Shown here: piece by piece, positions 40,090 through 50,087 of the stretch
Position numbering within the stretch: position 1 is the first letter of the stretch
Layout of the letters: each line of letters opens with the position of its first letter
DNA from: a virus
UHGV virus genome: UHGV-1455077
DNA: 64,000 nt
Direction: 5' to 3' (one strand)
Program-made: the position numbers and the translations under genes
The notes under the pieces: model-generated
Database searches by the model: none
Seen by the model: only the letters and a program-made list of their open reading frames with translations
Told to the model about the DNA's origin: nothing

Positions 40090-40188
40090 ATAATAACTTA
40101 AAAAATTGATTGACATAATTAAAAATATATGATTTATTGTAAAAAAAGTAACAATGAATGAGTTTTATAATGTTTAGAGGAAATTAAT

Positions 40189-40446
40189 ATGTCTTTTTTA
40201 AGTTTTGTAATTTTATATTTTTTAATTGGTTTGGTAGCTATTGGCATTATGTATATATGCGATGAGGATAATTTGTTAAATATAAGAAATGATAAAGTTC
40301 TTCAAGAAAGTTTATTTTTAACTTATATATTTTGGATAGTTTTCTTTTTGATATATTTATTATATGGTTTTGTAGGTCGTTTTATGAGATGGTATATAAA
40401 TTTGTTGGAAAATATATGTATAAGAAAAAATAATTTGAAAAAATAG
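40189..40446 (+). CDS. small membrane protein (85 aa, two predicted TM helices)
   Basis: Two hydrophobic stretches (FLSFVILYFLIGLVAIGIMYI; FLTYIFWIVFFLIYLLYGFV). Confidence 0.4.
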   Translation: MSFLSFVILYFLIGLVAIGIMYICDEDNLLNIRNDKVLQESLFLTYIFWIVFFLIYLLYGFVGRFMRWYINLLENICIRKNNLKK

Positions 40447-40494
40447 AAATATATGTGATAAACTTCTCATTATAAAAATATAGAGGAGTTTATT

Positions 40495-40860
40495 ATGTCT
40501 TTAAATAAAGAAATTTTAACATCAATTTTAAAAGAAAATATTTGTGATGTAACATTTACAAAGAAAGATGGAACAGAGAGGGTGATGAAATCAACATTAA
40601 TGGAAGAATATGTTAAGCCATTACTTACACCATCTGATACTAATGATACCAAAACTGAACGTAAAGAAAATCCAAATCAGGTTAGAGTTGTTGATTTAGA
40701 GAAAAAGGCGTGGAGAAGTTTTAATGCTGATACAGTTAAAGGTATAACTTTGACAGAGATTGTTAATGAAGGTGTGGCTTCTATTGATTCAACACAAGAA
40801 ACTGATAAACCTTTAACAGATAATACATCTGATGAAAATATATTAATGGAAGCAAAATAA
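40495..40860 (+). CDS. hypothetical protein (121 aa)
   Basis: ORF with strong RBS (AGAGGAG). Confidence 0.45.
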   Translation: MSLNKEILTSILKENICDVTFTKKDGTERVMKSTLMEEYVKPLLTPSDTNDTKTERKENPNQVRVVDLEKKAWRSFNADTVKGITLTEIVNEGVASIDSTQETDKPLTDNTSDENILMEAK

Positions 40861-41154
40861 ATGAAATTAGCGAATTTAAAATTATATCAAATTCGTAAGT
40901 TGCCTGAATGTTATTGGGTTCAACATCCAATGCAGTTAGGTGGAACTAAAGAAACAAATAACGCAAAATATATTAATGCTACAATATTTCAATTAAATAA
41001 TGAAAATATATTATATGGAATGAAACATTATATGTTATATGATGAAGACCATATTTTTACAGAATTACAAGAAGCTATAGATTATTGTACTGAAAATGGA
41101 TGGGTTTATCATCTTAAAGAAAATTATAATTATAAAGGATTAGAGAATGGTTAA
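40861..41154 (+). CDS. hypothetical protein (97 aa)
   Basis: ORF translationally coupled to neighbours. Confidence 0.4.
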   Translation: MKLANLKLYQIRKLPECYWVQHPMQLGGTKETNNAKYINATIFQLNNENILYGMKHYMLYDEDHIFTELQEAIDYCTENGWVYHLKENYNYKGLENG

Positions 41155-41821
41155 AATAATTGAACCAAGTGTTGAAATCGTAAGTGAAATTAATTCGGAT
41201 AAAATGTTAAAACAGATTGAAAAATGTGTCAGAAATTGTTATAAATCTGAAAATAATATTACTGAAGATACAACATCTGCTGTTAAAATGATTGGTAAAT
41301 TGATTGAAATGGGTCATACTGCAATGATTGAATTTGCTGATGTTATTGTTAATCTTCATTGTGATGTTGGTGTTTATAAAGATTTAACACGTCATCGTCA
41401 TTGCAGTTTTGCTATTGAATCTACAAGATATTGTAATTATTCTAAAGGTAAATTTGGAAATGAAATTTCTGTAATTAAACCTTGTAATATGGATGAAAAT
41501 TCTGGAATTTATCATACTTGGCTTAAAGCAATGAATGATATGGAAAGAGCATATATGCAGATGGCAGAAATTGGTGCAACACCTGACCAATTAAGAATGA
41601 TTCTTCCACACAGTACAGCCGCAAGTGTAATGATGAAAGCTAATATTAGAGAATGGCGACATATTTTTAATTTAAGATGTGCTAAAGCGGCTCATCCATC
41701 TGTTAGACAGATTATGCTTATGACTTTAAATGAATTTCATAATAAAATTCCAGTTTTATTTGATGATTTATATGAGCAATTTAAATTTGATATTGATGAT
41801 GTAAATAATAAAAAAGATTGA
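41147..41821 (+). CDS. thyX: flavin-dependent thymidylate synthase ThyX (224 aa)
   Basis: ThyX signature RHRHCSFAIESTRY (RHRxxSxxxxSxRY) and conserved H/R positions. Confidence 0.85.
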   Translation: MVKIIEPSVEIVSEINSDKMLKQIEKCVRNCYKSENNITEDTTSAVKMIGKLIEMGHTAMIEFADVIVNLHCDVGVYKDLTRHRHCSFAIESTRYCNYSKGKFGNEISVIKPCNMDENSGIYHTWLKAMNDMERAYMQMAEIGATPDQLRMILPHSTAASVMMKANIREWRHIFNLRCAKAAHPSVRQIMLMTLNEFHNKIPVLFDDLYEQFKFDIDDVNNKKD

Positions 41822-41833
41822 CAAATTAAATAA

Positions 41834-41866
41834 AGTGTGATATTGTAGTATCACACTTTATTTTTA
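41834..41866 (+). terminator. hairpin (agtgtgata ttgtag tatcacact) followed by T-run after thyX
   Basis: 9-bp stem then ttatttttagg; overlaps a promoter-like TTGACA-N17-TATTGT (41818..41846). Confidence 0.5.
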
Positions 41867-41877
41867 GGAAAAAAATT

Positions 41878-43224
41878 ATGAAATTTAATGATTATTTTAA
41901 ATTAAAAGATATAACGGTAAATGTTACAAATTCTTGTAATTTAAATTGTGTATATTGTTTTGAACATAATAAAAATGGAATGAAAATGTCTTCTGAAATG
42001 ATTGAAAAAATCATTGATGTTAGCTATAATAATTATTTAATAACAAATGAAACTAAATTTCCATTTGTTGTTAATTTTTTTGGTGGAGAACCATTTTTAG
42101 CATTTGATGTTATGGAACACGCTATGAAATATGCAAAAAATAAAAAATATCGTATTTCTTTTGGTGTTACAACTAATTTAACAATGCTTACAGACCATAT
42201 GATTGATGTTATTGAAGATTATGAGTTAGGTTTATTGGTATCTGTTGATGGAATAAAAAAAATACACGATAGAAATAGATGTAATTCTTATGATATTGTT
42301 ATGTCAAATTTAAATAAATTGATTGACCGAGGATTAAAGCATTTAGTTGAAGTTAGAATGACAGTTATGCCTGCTGATTTGAAAGATTTATTAACAGGTA
42401 TACAAGAATTATATAATATAGGAATTGATAATATTGCTCCTGTTCCAGTAACTGATACTGAATGGACAGATGCTGATTATATGAATTTACGAGATGAAAT
42501 GCATAAAATTTGGGAATGGGCATTTTCAATTTATAATGATGAAAATAATAAAAGAAATTTATCATTAAAATGTATTGATGATTATTTAGAAATGGTACTA
42601 AATCCAATCTTTTTAGTACCAGACCAACGAAAAGTTTGTACGGCTGGAACATTTTCTTCTTGTTCATTTGGTGTAACTGGGGATATTTTACCTTGTCATC
42701 AACGTCATACTATTTCAGACCATTATGATGAGTTAGTAATGGGCAATATTAATAATACTGATGAGATTAGAGAGGTTAATTTCAATAAACAAACAATTAT
42801 GAATGAAAATCATAATTGTGATGTATGTAATGCAAGAGCTGTATGTAAAGGTGGCTGTCCATCGGAAAATCTTACATTAAATAACGATGGTAATGTAATG
42901 AATGATGTTCAATGTAATGTATTAGCTTATATGGTTGATGTTGCAGAACAATTTCAATGGTATTTAATTAATGATAAAATTCCTAACATTCGTTCAAGAA
43001 AATTAAATATATTAAGTCAAAATGTTAAATTGTTAGACCATATAACAGATATTTTGCTAAATGAAAGAAGCATTAGGGAAAATGAGATTGAATTATTAAA
43101 ATTTTATGAAACTTTGGTTGATATGGAAGGAATTTTATTACCAAGTTTTAGAGAAGCTATAAATTATACTATTTCCCAGATGGTAAATATTATTGATGAA
43201 CAAATTAAAAATGAAGGTGTATAA
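41878..43224 (+). CDS. radical SAM enzyme with SPASM domain (448 aa)
   Basis: CNLNCVYC (CxxxCxxC), GGEP motif, C-terminal Cys clusters (CTAGTFSSCSFG...CHQ; CDVCNARAVCKGGCPSE) typical of SPASM peptide-modifying rSAMs. Confidence 0.8.
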   Translation: MKFNDYFKLKDITVNVTNSCNLNCVYCFEHNKNGMKMSSEMIEKIIDVSYNNYLITNETKFPFVVNFFGGEPFLAFDVMEHAMKYAKNKKYRISFGVTTNLTMLTDHMIDVIEDYELGLLVSVDGIKKIHDRNRCNSYDIVMSNLNKLIDRGLKHLVEVRMTVMPADLKDLLTGIQELYNIGIDNIAPVPVTDTEWTDADYMNLRDEMHKIWEWAFSIYNDENNKRNLSLKCIDDYLEMVLNPIFLVPDQRKVCTAGTFSSCSFGVTGDILPCHQRHTISDHYDELVMGNINNTDEIREVNFNKQTIMNENHNCDVCNARAVCKGGCPSENLTLNNDGNVMNDVQCNVLAYMVDVAEQFQWYLINDKIPNIRSRKLNILSQNVKLLDHITDILLNERSIRENEIELLKFYETLVDMEGILLPSFREAINYTISQMVNIIDEQIKNEGV

Positions 43225-44042
43225 TGGCTGATAGTAATATTGTTAATAGACAAGTTTATCAAGATATTCGTGATACTTTTAAACAAAGAGCAATGAATTG
43301 GAATGGTGTATGGAAGGTATGGACAAATCAATCTCCTGATTGGGGTGGTCGTTGGGTATATGGATGGAAAGGAGTAAGAATCCAAATGTATGATACTATT
43401 CCAGAATCTGTCCGTGATAAAATTCAAAAAGAATATACTGGATTATCGGGTGAAGTTAATCAAGTTATTAATGAAGAATCTTCAAAAATTCATACTTTAG
43501 GAAATGAAAATAATATTAGAAGGGCTGTAATTCAATTAAATAATACAACTGATGCAAATATTGGTGTATATATTGGAAGTGAAAAATTACCAAAAATTGA
43601 AGTTAAAACTATTGGTACTGCTGGTAATTTTAATCCAGATGTTAATATTGCTAATACTTCTGATGATTATACTGTTAATAAATACAATACTTCATATGTT
43701 AGAGATATTCCAGCCAATAAAATTGTTAATACAACAACAGGACAGGAAGTTCCTTTAAATGCTGTTATCACTAAGGATATTAATCAAAAAACTCAAATGG
43801 AAGGTTCAACAAATCCAACTGAATCATCTCAAGCAGAAGGTATTGTTAAAAAATCTGATTATGAATTAATAAGAAGTGTATTAGAAAGAATTAAAGATTG
43901 TTTGATTCAAAAGAATTCTTGGTTTACTTATAATGGGATTTGTAGCCGTAGTTGTCAAATTAATTGTCAAAATAGATGTCAAGTAAGTTGTCAAGGTTGT
44001 AATACAAAACAATGTCACGACCAAAATTGTGGGAGTGTTTAA
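43224..44042 (+). CDS. protein with Cys-Gln-repeat C-terminal tail (272 aa); candidate substrate of flanking rSAM enzymes
   Basis: C-terminus ICSRSCQINCQNRCQVSCQGCNTKQCHDQNCGSV (9 Cys in 34 aa, CxxxC spacing, encoded by TGTCAA repeats); start codon overlaps rSAM stop; N-terminus weakly resembles the small paralog family. Confidence 0.55.
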   Translation: MADSNIVNRQVYQDIRDTFKQRAMNWNGVWKVWTNQSPDWGGRWVYGWKGVRIQMYDTIPESVRDKIQKEYTGLSGEVNQVINEESSKIHTLGNENNIRRAVIQLNNTTDANIGVYIGSEKLPKIEVKTIGTAGNFNPDVNIANTSDDYTVNKYNTSYVRDIPANKIVNTTTGQEVPLNAVITKDINQKTQMEGSTNPTESSQAEGIVKKSDYELIRSVLERIKDCLIQKNSWFTYNGICSRSCQINCQNRCQVSCQGCNTKQCHDQNCGSV

Positions 44043-44045
44043 TTT

Positions 44046-45242
44046 ATGGAATTATTTGAAAAAATTACACGTATTGCAGTTAAACTTTATTCAGGTTGCA
44101 ATATGAAATGTTGTTATTGCTTTCAACCATATAATGATAAAATTAAACCACGAATTTTTTCTGATTATGATAATTTATATAAATTTGTTAAATCTTTGCC
44201 GTTATCTGATATTGTAATTGTTACATTAGTTGGTGGAGAGGTAACATTAAGACCTGATTTAGTAAAACTTTGTATTAAAAAAGTATTTAAAAGAATTGAG
44301 AGAGAACAAGATGTAACTTTTCATTGTGCAACTATTTCCAATGGAACTAATTTAGATATTTTACTTGATTTATGTAATGAAAATTATTTTTATTCTAAAC
44401 ATTGCTGTATTTCTTGGGATGGTTTATTTTCATCAAGTTTATCAAGAAAGATAAATGGAAAATATGATGATGAATATTTTAAAAATATGATACTACAATT
44501 GGGTAAATCTGAATACAATGATAAAATTTCCATAGTTCACGCTTTAACACCTGAAACTTTACCATATTTGGCTGATAGTTTTAAGTTTTGTTTTGATAAT
44601 AATGTTTTAAGTTTGGGTTATTATTATATTCACGAAGCAAATTATAATAGTGATTATATATATAAAGAATTTGAAAAACAAATTAGAAAAATTTGTGATA
44701 TGTATATTCAAAATGATAAAATTAATTTTTATAATTGGGTTAATTATTTTCAACGAAGAAGAAATCCTGATAATTTTTTTACTTGTGTAAAATTAGGAAA
44801 TAATTATTTTATTAATCCAGAAGGAGAAATTTATCCTTGTATTTATTTAGGAGACCATAAAGCATATAACCTTGGTAATATTAAAGATGGAATTGATTTA
44901 AATAAACAAAATGAATTTGTTAAGGAATATTATCATTATCCATTATGCAAATATAAAACTTGTAAATGTTATCAATGTTCTGAATGTCCTGCGGCTAATT
45001 ATGTTAATAATGGAAGTTTACATAAAAGATTTGAAGGGGCGTGTGAATTATATAAAATTGAAAATAAAGTTTTTGAAGAATATTATGAAAAAATAAAAAA
45101 TAATATAATGTTTAATAATGAATATTTAAATGAAATGTTGCCAACTTATGATTTGAATAAATTTACTGAATGTGATTTTGAATTTCATTATTCAGAATCC
45201 AAATCTCCAAATTTGAATATTGTTCAACAATGGAATAAATGA
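44046..45242 (+). CDS. radical SAM enzyme with SPASM-like C-terminal Cys cluster (398 aa)
   Basis: CNMKCCYC near N-terminus; GGE motif; C-terminal CIYLGD...CKYKTCKCYQCSECPAANY. Confidence 0.8.
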   Translation: MELFEKITRIAVKLYSGCNMKCCYCFQPYNDKIKPRIFSDYDNLYKFVKSLPLSDIVIVTLVGGEVTLRPDLVKLCIKKVFKRIEREQDVTFHCATISNGTNLDILLDLCNENYFYSKHCCISWDGLFSSSLSRKINGKYDDEYFKNMILQLGKSEYNDKISIVHALTPETLPYLADSFKFCFDNNVLSLGYYYIHEANYNSDYIYKEFEKQIRKICDMYIQNDKINFYNWVNYFQRRRNPDNFFTCVKLGNNYFINPEGEIYPCIYLGDHKAYNLGNIKDGIDLNKQNEFVKEYYHYPLCKYKTCKCYQCSECPAANYVNNGSLHKRFEGACELYKIENKVFEEYYEKIKNNIMFNNEYLNEMLPTYDLNKFTECDFEFHYSESKSPNLNIVQQWNK

Positions 45243-46401
45243 AATGAAGAAAACAACTTTACCGCCAATGATAAATCATTGTTTTTTGATGTTATCTGAA
45301 CAATGTAATTTAAGATGTAAGTATTGTTATATTCAAGGGAGAGATAATCCATATACTATTGATATTTCGGTAATGGAAAAAATTAAAAAAATGTTTACTT
45401 GCTATAATAAGCCACGAATTATATTTTTTGGTGGAGAACCATTATTAAGAGTGAATTTAATTAAAGAAATTGTTAAAAAATATAAAGATGATTTTCAATA
45501 TCAAGTTGTTACAAATGGAACAGTAAATTTTAATGAATTTATGGATGAAGTATATCAACCATTTAATCATATTTTTGATGTTCAAATTTCGTGGGATGGT
45601 AATATTGATACTCGTAAATCTGTAACTAATAAGATTACAAATAATATTGTATATGATAATATTATTACTCAATTAAAAAAAGGGTATAGATTAGAAGGAA
45701 GATGTGTTTTAGATGAAACATCAGTAAAAAATTTTTTTGAAACTTACAAAATATTTAAAGATTTACATCATACATATAAATTTAGTGGAGATTTTACAAT
45801 AGCTCATCAGCCCCAATTTAAAGAATCATATTGGAATGATTTGGAAGTTCAATTAAATTTGATTTTTTCTGATATTAAAAATAATTTAGTTAATGATAAT
45901 AAAATTTATATTCCACGATTTTTATATAAAAACATTACTAATGTTATTGAAAATAAGCCAGTAATATCTTGTGATGTTGGAAATTATGTTGTTATCCGTC
46001 CAAATGGAGATATATATCCTTGTACTATTTTATCGCAAATAGATGAAAGATTTAAAATGGGGAATATCAATGATGAAATTGATACAGAAATTATAGACGA
46101 TTTAAAATATAAATCATCTTGTAAAAAAGAATGTGAATATAAATCTATATGTGATGGTGGTTGTCGTTATGAAAGAATAAAAAATTTTTCAAATAGTTGG
46201 AAAGAAAATATATGCCCATTTACTTGTGAAATTTATAAGGTTATTTATGAATGTACAAACAAATTTTTAAATTCATTAGATGCTGACCAACAGAATAAAT
46301 TGTATGAACTGATTACTCAATATAATTTATGGAGTATTGATTATTGTAATGGTAGTTCAAAATTAAATAAAGATGACGGAATGATAAAATTAAATGTATA
46401 A
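45220..46401 (+). CDS. radical SAM enzyme with SPASM-like C-terminal Cys cluster (393 aa)
   Basis: CNLRCKYC; GGEP; C-terminal CTILSQ...CKKECEYKSICDGGCRYE; overlaps upstream gene by 23 nt. Confidence 0.75.
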   Translation: MFNNGINEMKKTTLPPMINHCFLMLSEQCNLRCKYCYIQGRDNPYTIDISVMEKIKKMFTCYNKPRIIFFGGEPLLRVNLIKEIVKKYKDDFQYQVVTNGTVNFNEFMDEVYQPFNHIFDVQISWDGNIDTRKSVTNKITNNIVYDNIITQLKKGYRLEGRCVLDETSVKNFFETYKIFKDLHHTYKFSGDFTIAHQPQFKESYWNDLEVQLNLIFSDIKNNLVNDNKIYIPRFLYKNITNVIENKPVISCDVGNYVVIRPNGDIYPCTILSQIDERFKMGNINDEIDTEIIDDLKYKSSCKKECEYKSICDGGCRYERIKNFSNSWKENICPFTCEIYKVIYECTNKFLNSLDADQQNKLYELITQYNLWSIDYCNGSSKLNKDDGMIKLNV

Positions 46402-46428
46402 ATAATTTATATATTTTAAGGAAATAAA

Positions 46429-47571
46429 ATGATAATTTTTATGCCAGAACGTGTTTATGAATATTTTAAAAATGATGATTTTTTAAATGAAAAAATTAAA
46501 GAAATTAGTAATAAAGTTTATAATGAATCTCAACATTATGATTTAAAAAATTTTTTAAGTATTGATGAACATATTTTTGATGAAGTTAATCAATATATGT
46601 TGAATAATGTTTCAGATGAATTGCGTGATGAATTAAATATTTGCTTAAATGGTTATAATCAAAAAGCTAATTTATTTGCTAAGAATATTGAAAAATATGA
46701 TATTGAAACTCAAATATATTTAATGTATATGCTTAATGATGGAGATATGAGTCCGTCAGAAGATTTATTTAATAGATATAAACGAATTAATGAATTATAT
46801 GAACAAAATGATTTAAATTTTTCGGCTTTTATACATACCATTTATTATTTTACAAATTTATATTTACAATGGGTTGATAGTGATAATTTGAAAAAAATTA
46901 ATGAAAATGGATTTTTTTCATATCAAGAAGTGAAAAAAATGTTAAGCTATGAAGATACATTATTTTCTAAAATGAAAAATAAAGTAAATTCTGAACAATA
47001 TTTTAATATTTTATTTCATAAACGAATTCAAATGATGTATCTTTTTATGTTGTTTATTGGACAATTTAGTGAAAATTTTGATGATGTCGTTGAATTAATT
47101 ATTAGAAAAATTTATGATAATAGATTTAAATATGATAATTTTAATTATTTAAAATTGGCAATTAATCATATCTTTTTTCAAACATATTTTGATAAAGGAG
47201 ATTTTACTAAAGCTAAGAAATATTTAATGTATAATATATCTATGATTAATTATGGATTTGCTCATAAATTTGAAATGGTTAAAGCATTAAACCATTTTAA
47301 TAAGATTTTTAGTAAAGAATTTTGTAATTATTTGTTTTTCTTATATACAATGATTCGTGTTTATATTCCAAGTTTACAAAAAGAATTTAATATTTTAAAT
47401 AGTGAAAATGCCACGGAATTTGAAAAGAGATTGTTATTTGGTAAATTGCAAGATGATGAAAAAATGTTCGGTTTAGATTTAAATCCAAATGAATGGTTAT
47501 CTTTTAAATGGTGTCAACTTAATAAAAGTTCGTTTGATTATTTTAATAAAAATGTTGACAATTTATCTTAA
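46429..47571 (+). CDS. hypothetical protein (380 aa)
   Basis: ORF following rSAM operon; no motif. Confidence 0.5.
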   Translation: MIIFMPERVYEYFKNDDFLNEKIKEISNKVYNESQHYDLKNFLSIDEHIFDEVNQYMLNNVSDELRDELNICLNGYNQKANLFAKNIEKYDIETQIYLMYMLNDGDMSPSEDLFNRYKRINELYEQNDLNFSAFIHTIYYFTNLYLQWVDSDNLKKINENGFFSYQEVKKMLSYEDTLFSKMKNKVNSEQYFNILFHKRIQMMYLFMLFIGQFSENFDDVVELIIRKIYDNRFKYDNFNYLKLAINHIFFQTYFDKGDFTKAKKYLMYNISMINYGFAHKFEMVKALNHFNKIFSKEFCNYLFFLYTMIRVYIPSLQKEFNILNSENATEFEKRLLFGKLQDDEKMFGLDLNPNEWLSFKWCQLNKSSFDYFNKNVDNLS

Positions 47572-47615
47572 ATAATTTATAATCTTCATAAAAAATAATT
47601 TATGGAGATTTTTTT

Positions 47616-49550
47616 ATGAAAACTTTAATTGATATTTTAAGAGTTTGTTCTGATTATTATACAAATACAGGCGATTACTATATTTTTGATGATGAAGATA
47701 AACTAATTTTACAAGAATATGGTATTGAAGCAGATATTTCAACAGATGATGTATATGATAGTTTATATGATATTGGAAAAAAGTTTTATCCTAATGATAT
47801 TTTCTTTTTGTCTATTGGTTCTGAAGTTAGAGGTGATAAAGTTAAATTGCCAATACCGCTTGGTTCAATGACAGAATGTAAAGAAGATGAACTATTAAAA
47901 TGGATTTCTCCGAATGAAAAATATATGGTATCAGCTAAATTAGATGGATGCTCTTGTTTATGTTGTTATGAAAATGGACAGTTAAAAATTGCTTATTCTC
48001 GTGGTGATGGAGAAAATGGGCAAGATATTACTCGCATTATTAACACTTTTGAAAATTCGATTACTTCTTTAAAAATTCCTGATAATGTTATGATACGTGG
48101 TGAAGTTATTGTTTCTAAAGAAAATATTCCATTGATGATTGATGAATTATATAAAGAAACTCATTATCGTTATAAAAATGGTCGTAATACTGTTGCTGGT
48201 CAATTAAACTCAAAAGTGTGTGCAAAAACATTTTCAAAATATGCCCATTTTGTAGCTTATAAAATTATGAATTTTAATGGTTCAGAAGAAGAAATGTTTC
48301 AAAAACTTGAAGAATATGGTTTAGAAACGGCACAACATTCAATGGTTGATGGTCAGTATGTAACCGAACAAAGTGCTAAATTAGGTGTTCAATCAGTTAG
48401 AGATGACTATGAATATGAATGTGATGGAATTATTTTTACTGTTAATCGTAAATCTGAAAATTATAATGGTTATGAAACAAGTACATATAATCCAAAGGAA
48501 TCTCGTAAATTTAAAGTTGGAGCAGTAGTTAATTCTGCTGAAACCGAAGTAGAATTTGTTGAGTGGAATGTTTCTAAAAATGCTTTGTTAAATCCACGCA
48601 TTAAAGTTAAACCAGTAGATATTAATGGTGTAACTATTGATTGGGTAACTGGACATAATTATAAAAATATTGTTGATAATAAAATCGGTCAAGGTGCAAA
48701 GATTGTAATTACTCGGCGTGGAGATGTTATACCATATGTTGAAAAAGTTATTTCTCCGTGTGAAGAAGATAAGTTAGGAATTCCAACAATTGACCGTTCA
48801 ATGTGGGATACAACAGAAAATGGTGTATTTGCATTTTATTATGAAGGAACTAATGATGAATTAGATAGAATTGTTTCTTTACAACGATTAGTATACTTTT
48901 GTAATAAATTAAATGTTAAATTTGCTGGAGAAGGTAATTTAACAAGAATTATGAATTTTACTGAATTAAATACAATGAGTCCTTATAATTTAATTAATTT
49001 GCCTGCATCAGTTTTTACACAAACTATTGGAATTAATGGAATTAAATTATATGCTTCTTTACACGAGTGTCTTAAAAAAGCAACAATTCAGCAATTAATG
49101 GATGCTGTTGGAGCATTTGGTGATGGTATTGGTGAACTTAAACTTAATAGAATTGTTGACACTTATGGTGAATTAATATATGATAGAGATAAAATTATGC
49201 AGGTTGATGGTTGGTCGGATATTTCAGCAGACCAATATTGTTCAAGATATGCAGTTTATTTGAATTGGTGTGAGAAATTTCGTTCATCTGGAATTGAATT
49301 AAAGTATGCAGAAGTTCAAATTCAATCTGAAAAATTTAAAAATATTATTGCTTGTTTTACTGGGATTAGAGATAAGGAAATGGAATATAATATTGTTTCG
49401 GGTGGCGGAAAAATTGTAACATCTGTAACAAAAATATGTAATTTGTTAATTACAAAAGAAAATAATAGCACTTCATCAAAAGCTGAAAAAGCAAGAGAAA
49501 AAGGTATTGAAATCATTTCTTATGATGAAGCTGTAAAAAGATTTAAATAA
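47616..49550 (+). CDS. ligA: NAD-dependent DNA ligase (LigA-like), 644 aa
   Basis: Adenylation motif KLDG (VSAKLDGCS) and SRGDGENGQDIT (LigA motif III-like); size typical of LigA. Confidence 0.8.
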   Translation: MKTLIDILRVCSDYYTNTGDYYIFDDEDKLILQEYGIEADISTDDVYDSLYDIGKKFYPNDIFFLSIGSEVRGDKVKLPIPLGSMTECKEDELLKWISPNEKYMVSAKLDGCSCLCCYENGQLKIAYSRGDGENGQDITRIINTFENSITSLKIPDNVMIRGEVIVSKENIPLMIDELYKETHYRYKNGRNTVAGQLNSKVCAKTFSKYAHFVAYKIMNFNGSEEEMFQKLEEYGLETAQHSMVDGQYVTEQSAKLGVQSVRDDYEYECDGIIFTVNRKSENYNGYETSTYNPKESRKFKVGAVVNSAETEVEFVEWNVSKNALLNPRIKVKPVDINGVTIDWVTGHNYKNIVDNKIGQGAKIVITRRGDVIPYVEKVISPCEEDKLGIPTIDRSMWDTTENGVFAFYYEGTNDELDRIVSLQRLVYFCNKLNVKFAGEGNLTRIMNFTELNTMSPYNLINLPASVFTQTIGINGIKLYASLHECLKKATIQQLMDAVGAFGDGIGELKLNRIVDTYGELIYDRDKIMQVDGWSDISADQYCSRYAVYLNWCEKFRSSGIELKYAEVQIQSEKFKNIIACFTGIRDKEMEYNIVSGGGKIVTSVTKICNLLITKENNSTSSKAEKAREKGIEIISYDEAVKRFK

Positions 49551-49579
49551 TCTATTGACAAAATAAAAATTTATGTTAC

Positions 49580-49620
49580 ATTAAACCTATCAATTTATTT
49601 TTGATAGGTTTAATTTATTA
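49580..49620 (+). terminator. hairpin (aaacctatcaa / ttgataggttt) after ligase; terminator or 5' stem-loop
   Basis: 11-bp stem, 8-nt loop; preceded by promoter-like TTGACA-N16-TACATT (49555..49582). Confidence 0.4.
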
Positions 49621-49622
49621 AA

Positions 49623-50087
49623 TTGAGGTATAAAATGACAGATGGATTTATAAAATTATTTGAAGAACTTGATGAATGCTATAGTGATTTTATAGAATTT
49701 GAAGAATTTGAATATAATGAAAATCTTATGAATGAAGTTTATTTTATGCTTGACTATTTAAATAGTTATAATATTGATTTAACTAAGTATGAAATTAATG
49801 ATTTTGAAAGTGATGATGGAGAAAAAGTCGGTGTTGAATATTGGATGAAAAATAAAAAAGAATCTTGGGTTCTTGGAATTCTTATTCACGAACAAGATTT
49901 AAATAGTAGTTTGATTGAAGTTTCTTTTGTCAATGATGCAATTGTTGATGTTTATACAATTGAAATTAATAAAAAAAATTGTTTAAATATTGTTGAAATT
50001 GTTAAAGATATTGAGGAATTATTTCAAAAAAGAAATAAGAGAAACTTAAAAAAATATCTTAAAAGTAAAAATGCGAGTATATTATAA
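49623..50087 (+). CDS. hypothetical acidic protein (154 aa)
   Basis: ORF. Confidence 0.45.
   Translation: MRYKMTDGFIKLFEELDECYSDFIEFEEFEYNENLMNEVYFMLDYLNSYNIDLTKYEINDFESDDGEKVGVEYWMKNKKESWVLGILIHEQDLNSSLIEVSFVNDAIVDVYTIEINKKNCLNIVEIVKDIEELFQKRNKRNLKKYLKSKNASIL

Noticed and set aside
41818-41846. Promoter-like TTGACA-N17-TATTGT after thyX, and similarly TTGACA-N16-TACATT at 49555..49582
   Set aside because: In both cases the putative -10 or TSS falls inside a strong hairpin followed by T-rich sequence, which is more simply a terminator. They are not reported as confident promoters.
43938-44039. Tandem TGTCAA repeats that might be taken for a CRISPR-like or short tandem repeat
   Set aside because: The repeats lie in frame within the 43224..44042 CDS and encode the Cys-Gln repeat tail. 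There is no spacer-repeat periodicity and no cas genes nearby. No CRISPR array is seen anywhere in the window.
43224-44042. Treating the 272-aa Cys-tail protein as a fourth member of the small paralog family
   Set aside because: Only weak N-terminal resemblance (MADxS..., W..W(T/S)....WGG). Sizes and C-terminal halves differ. It is mentioned as a possibility only.
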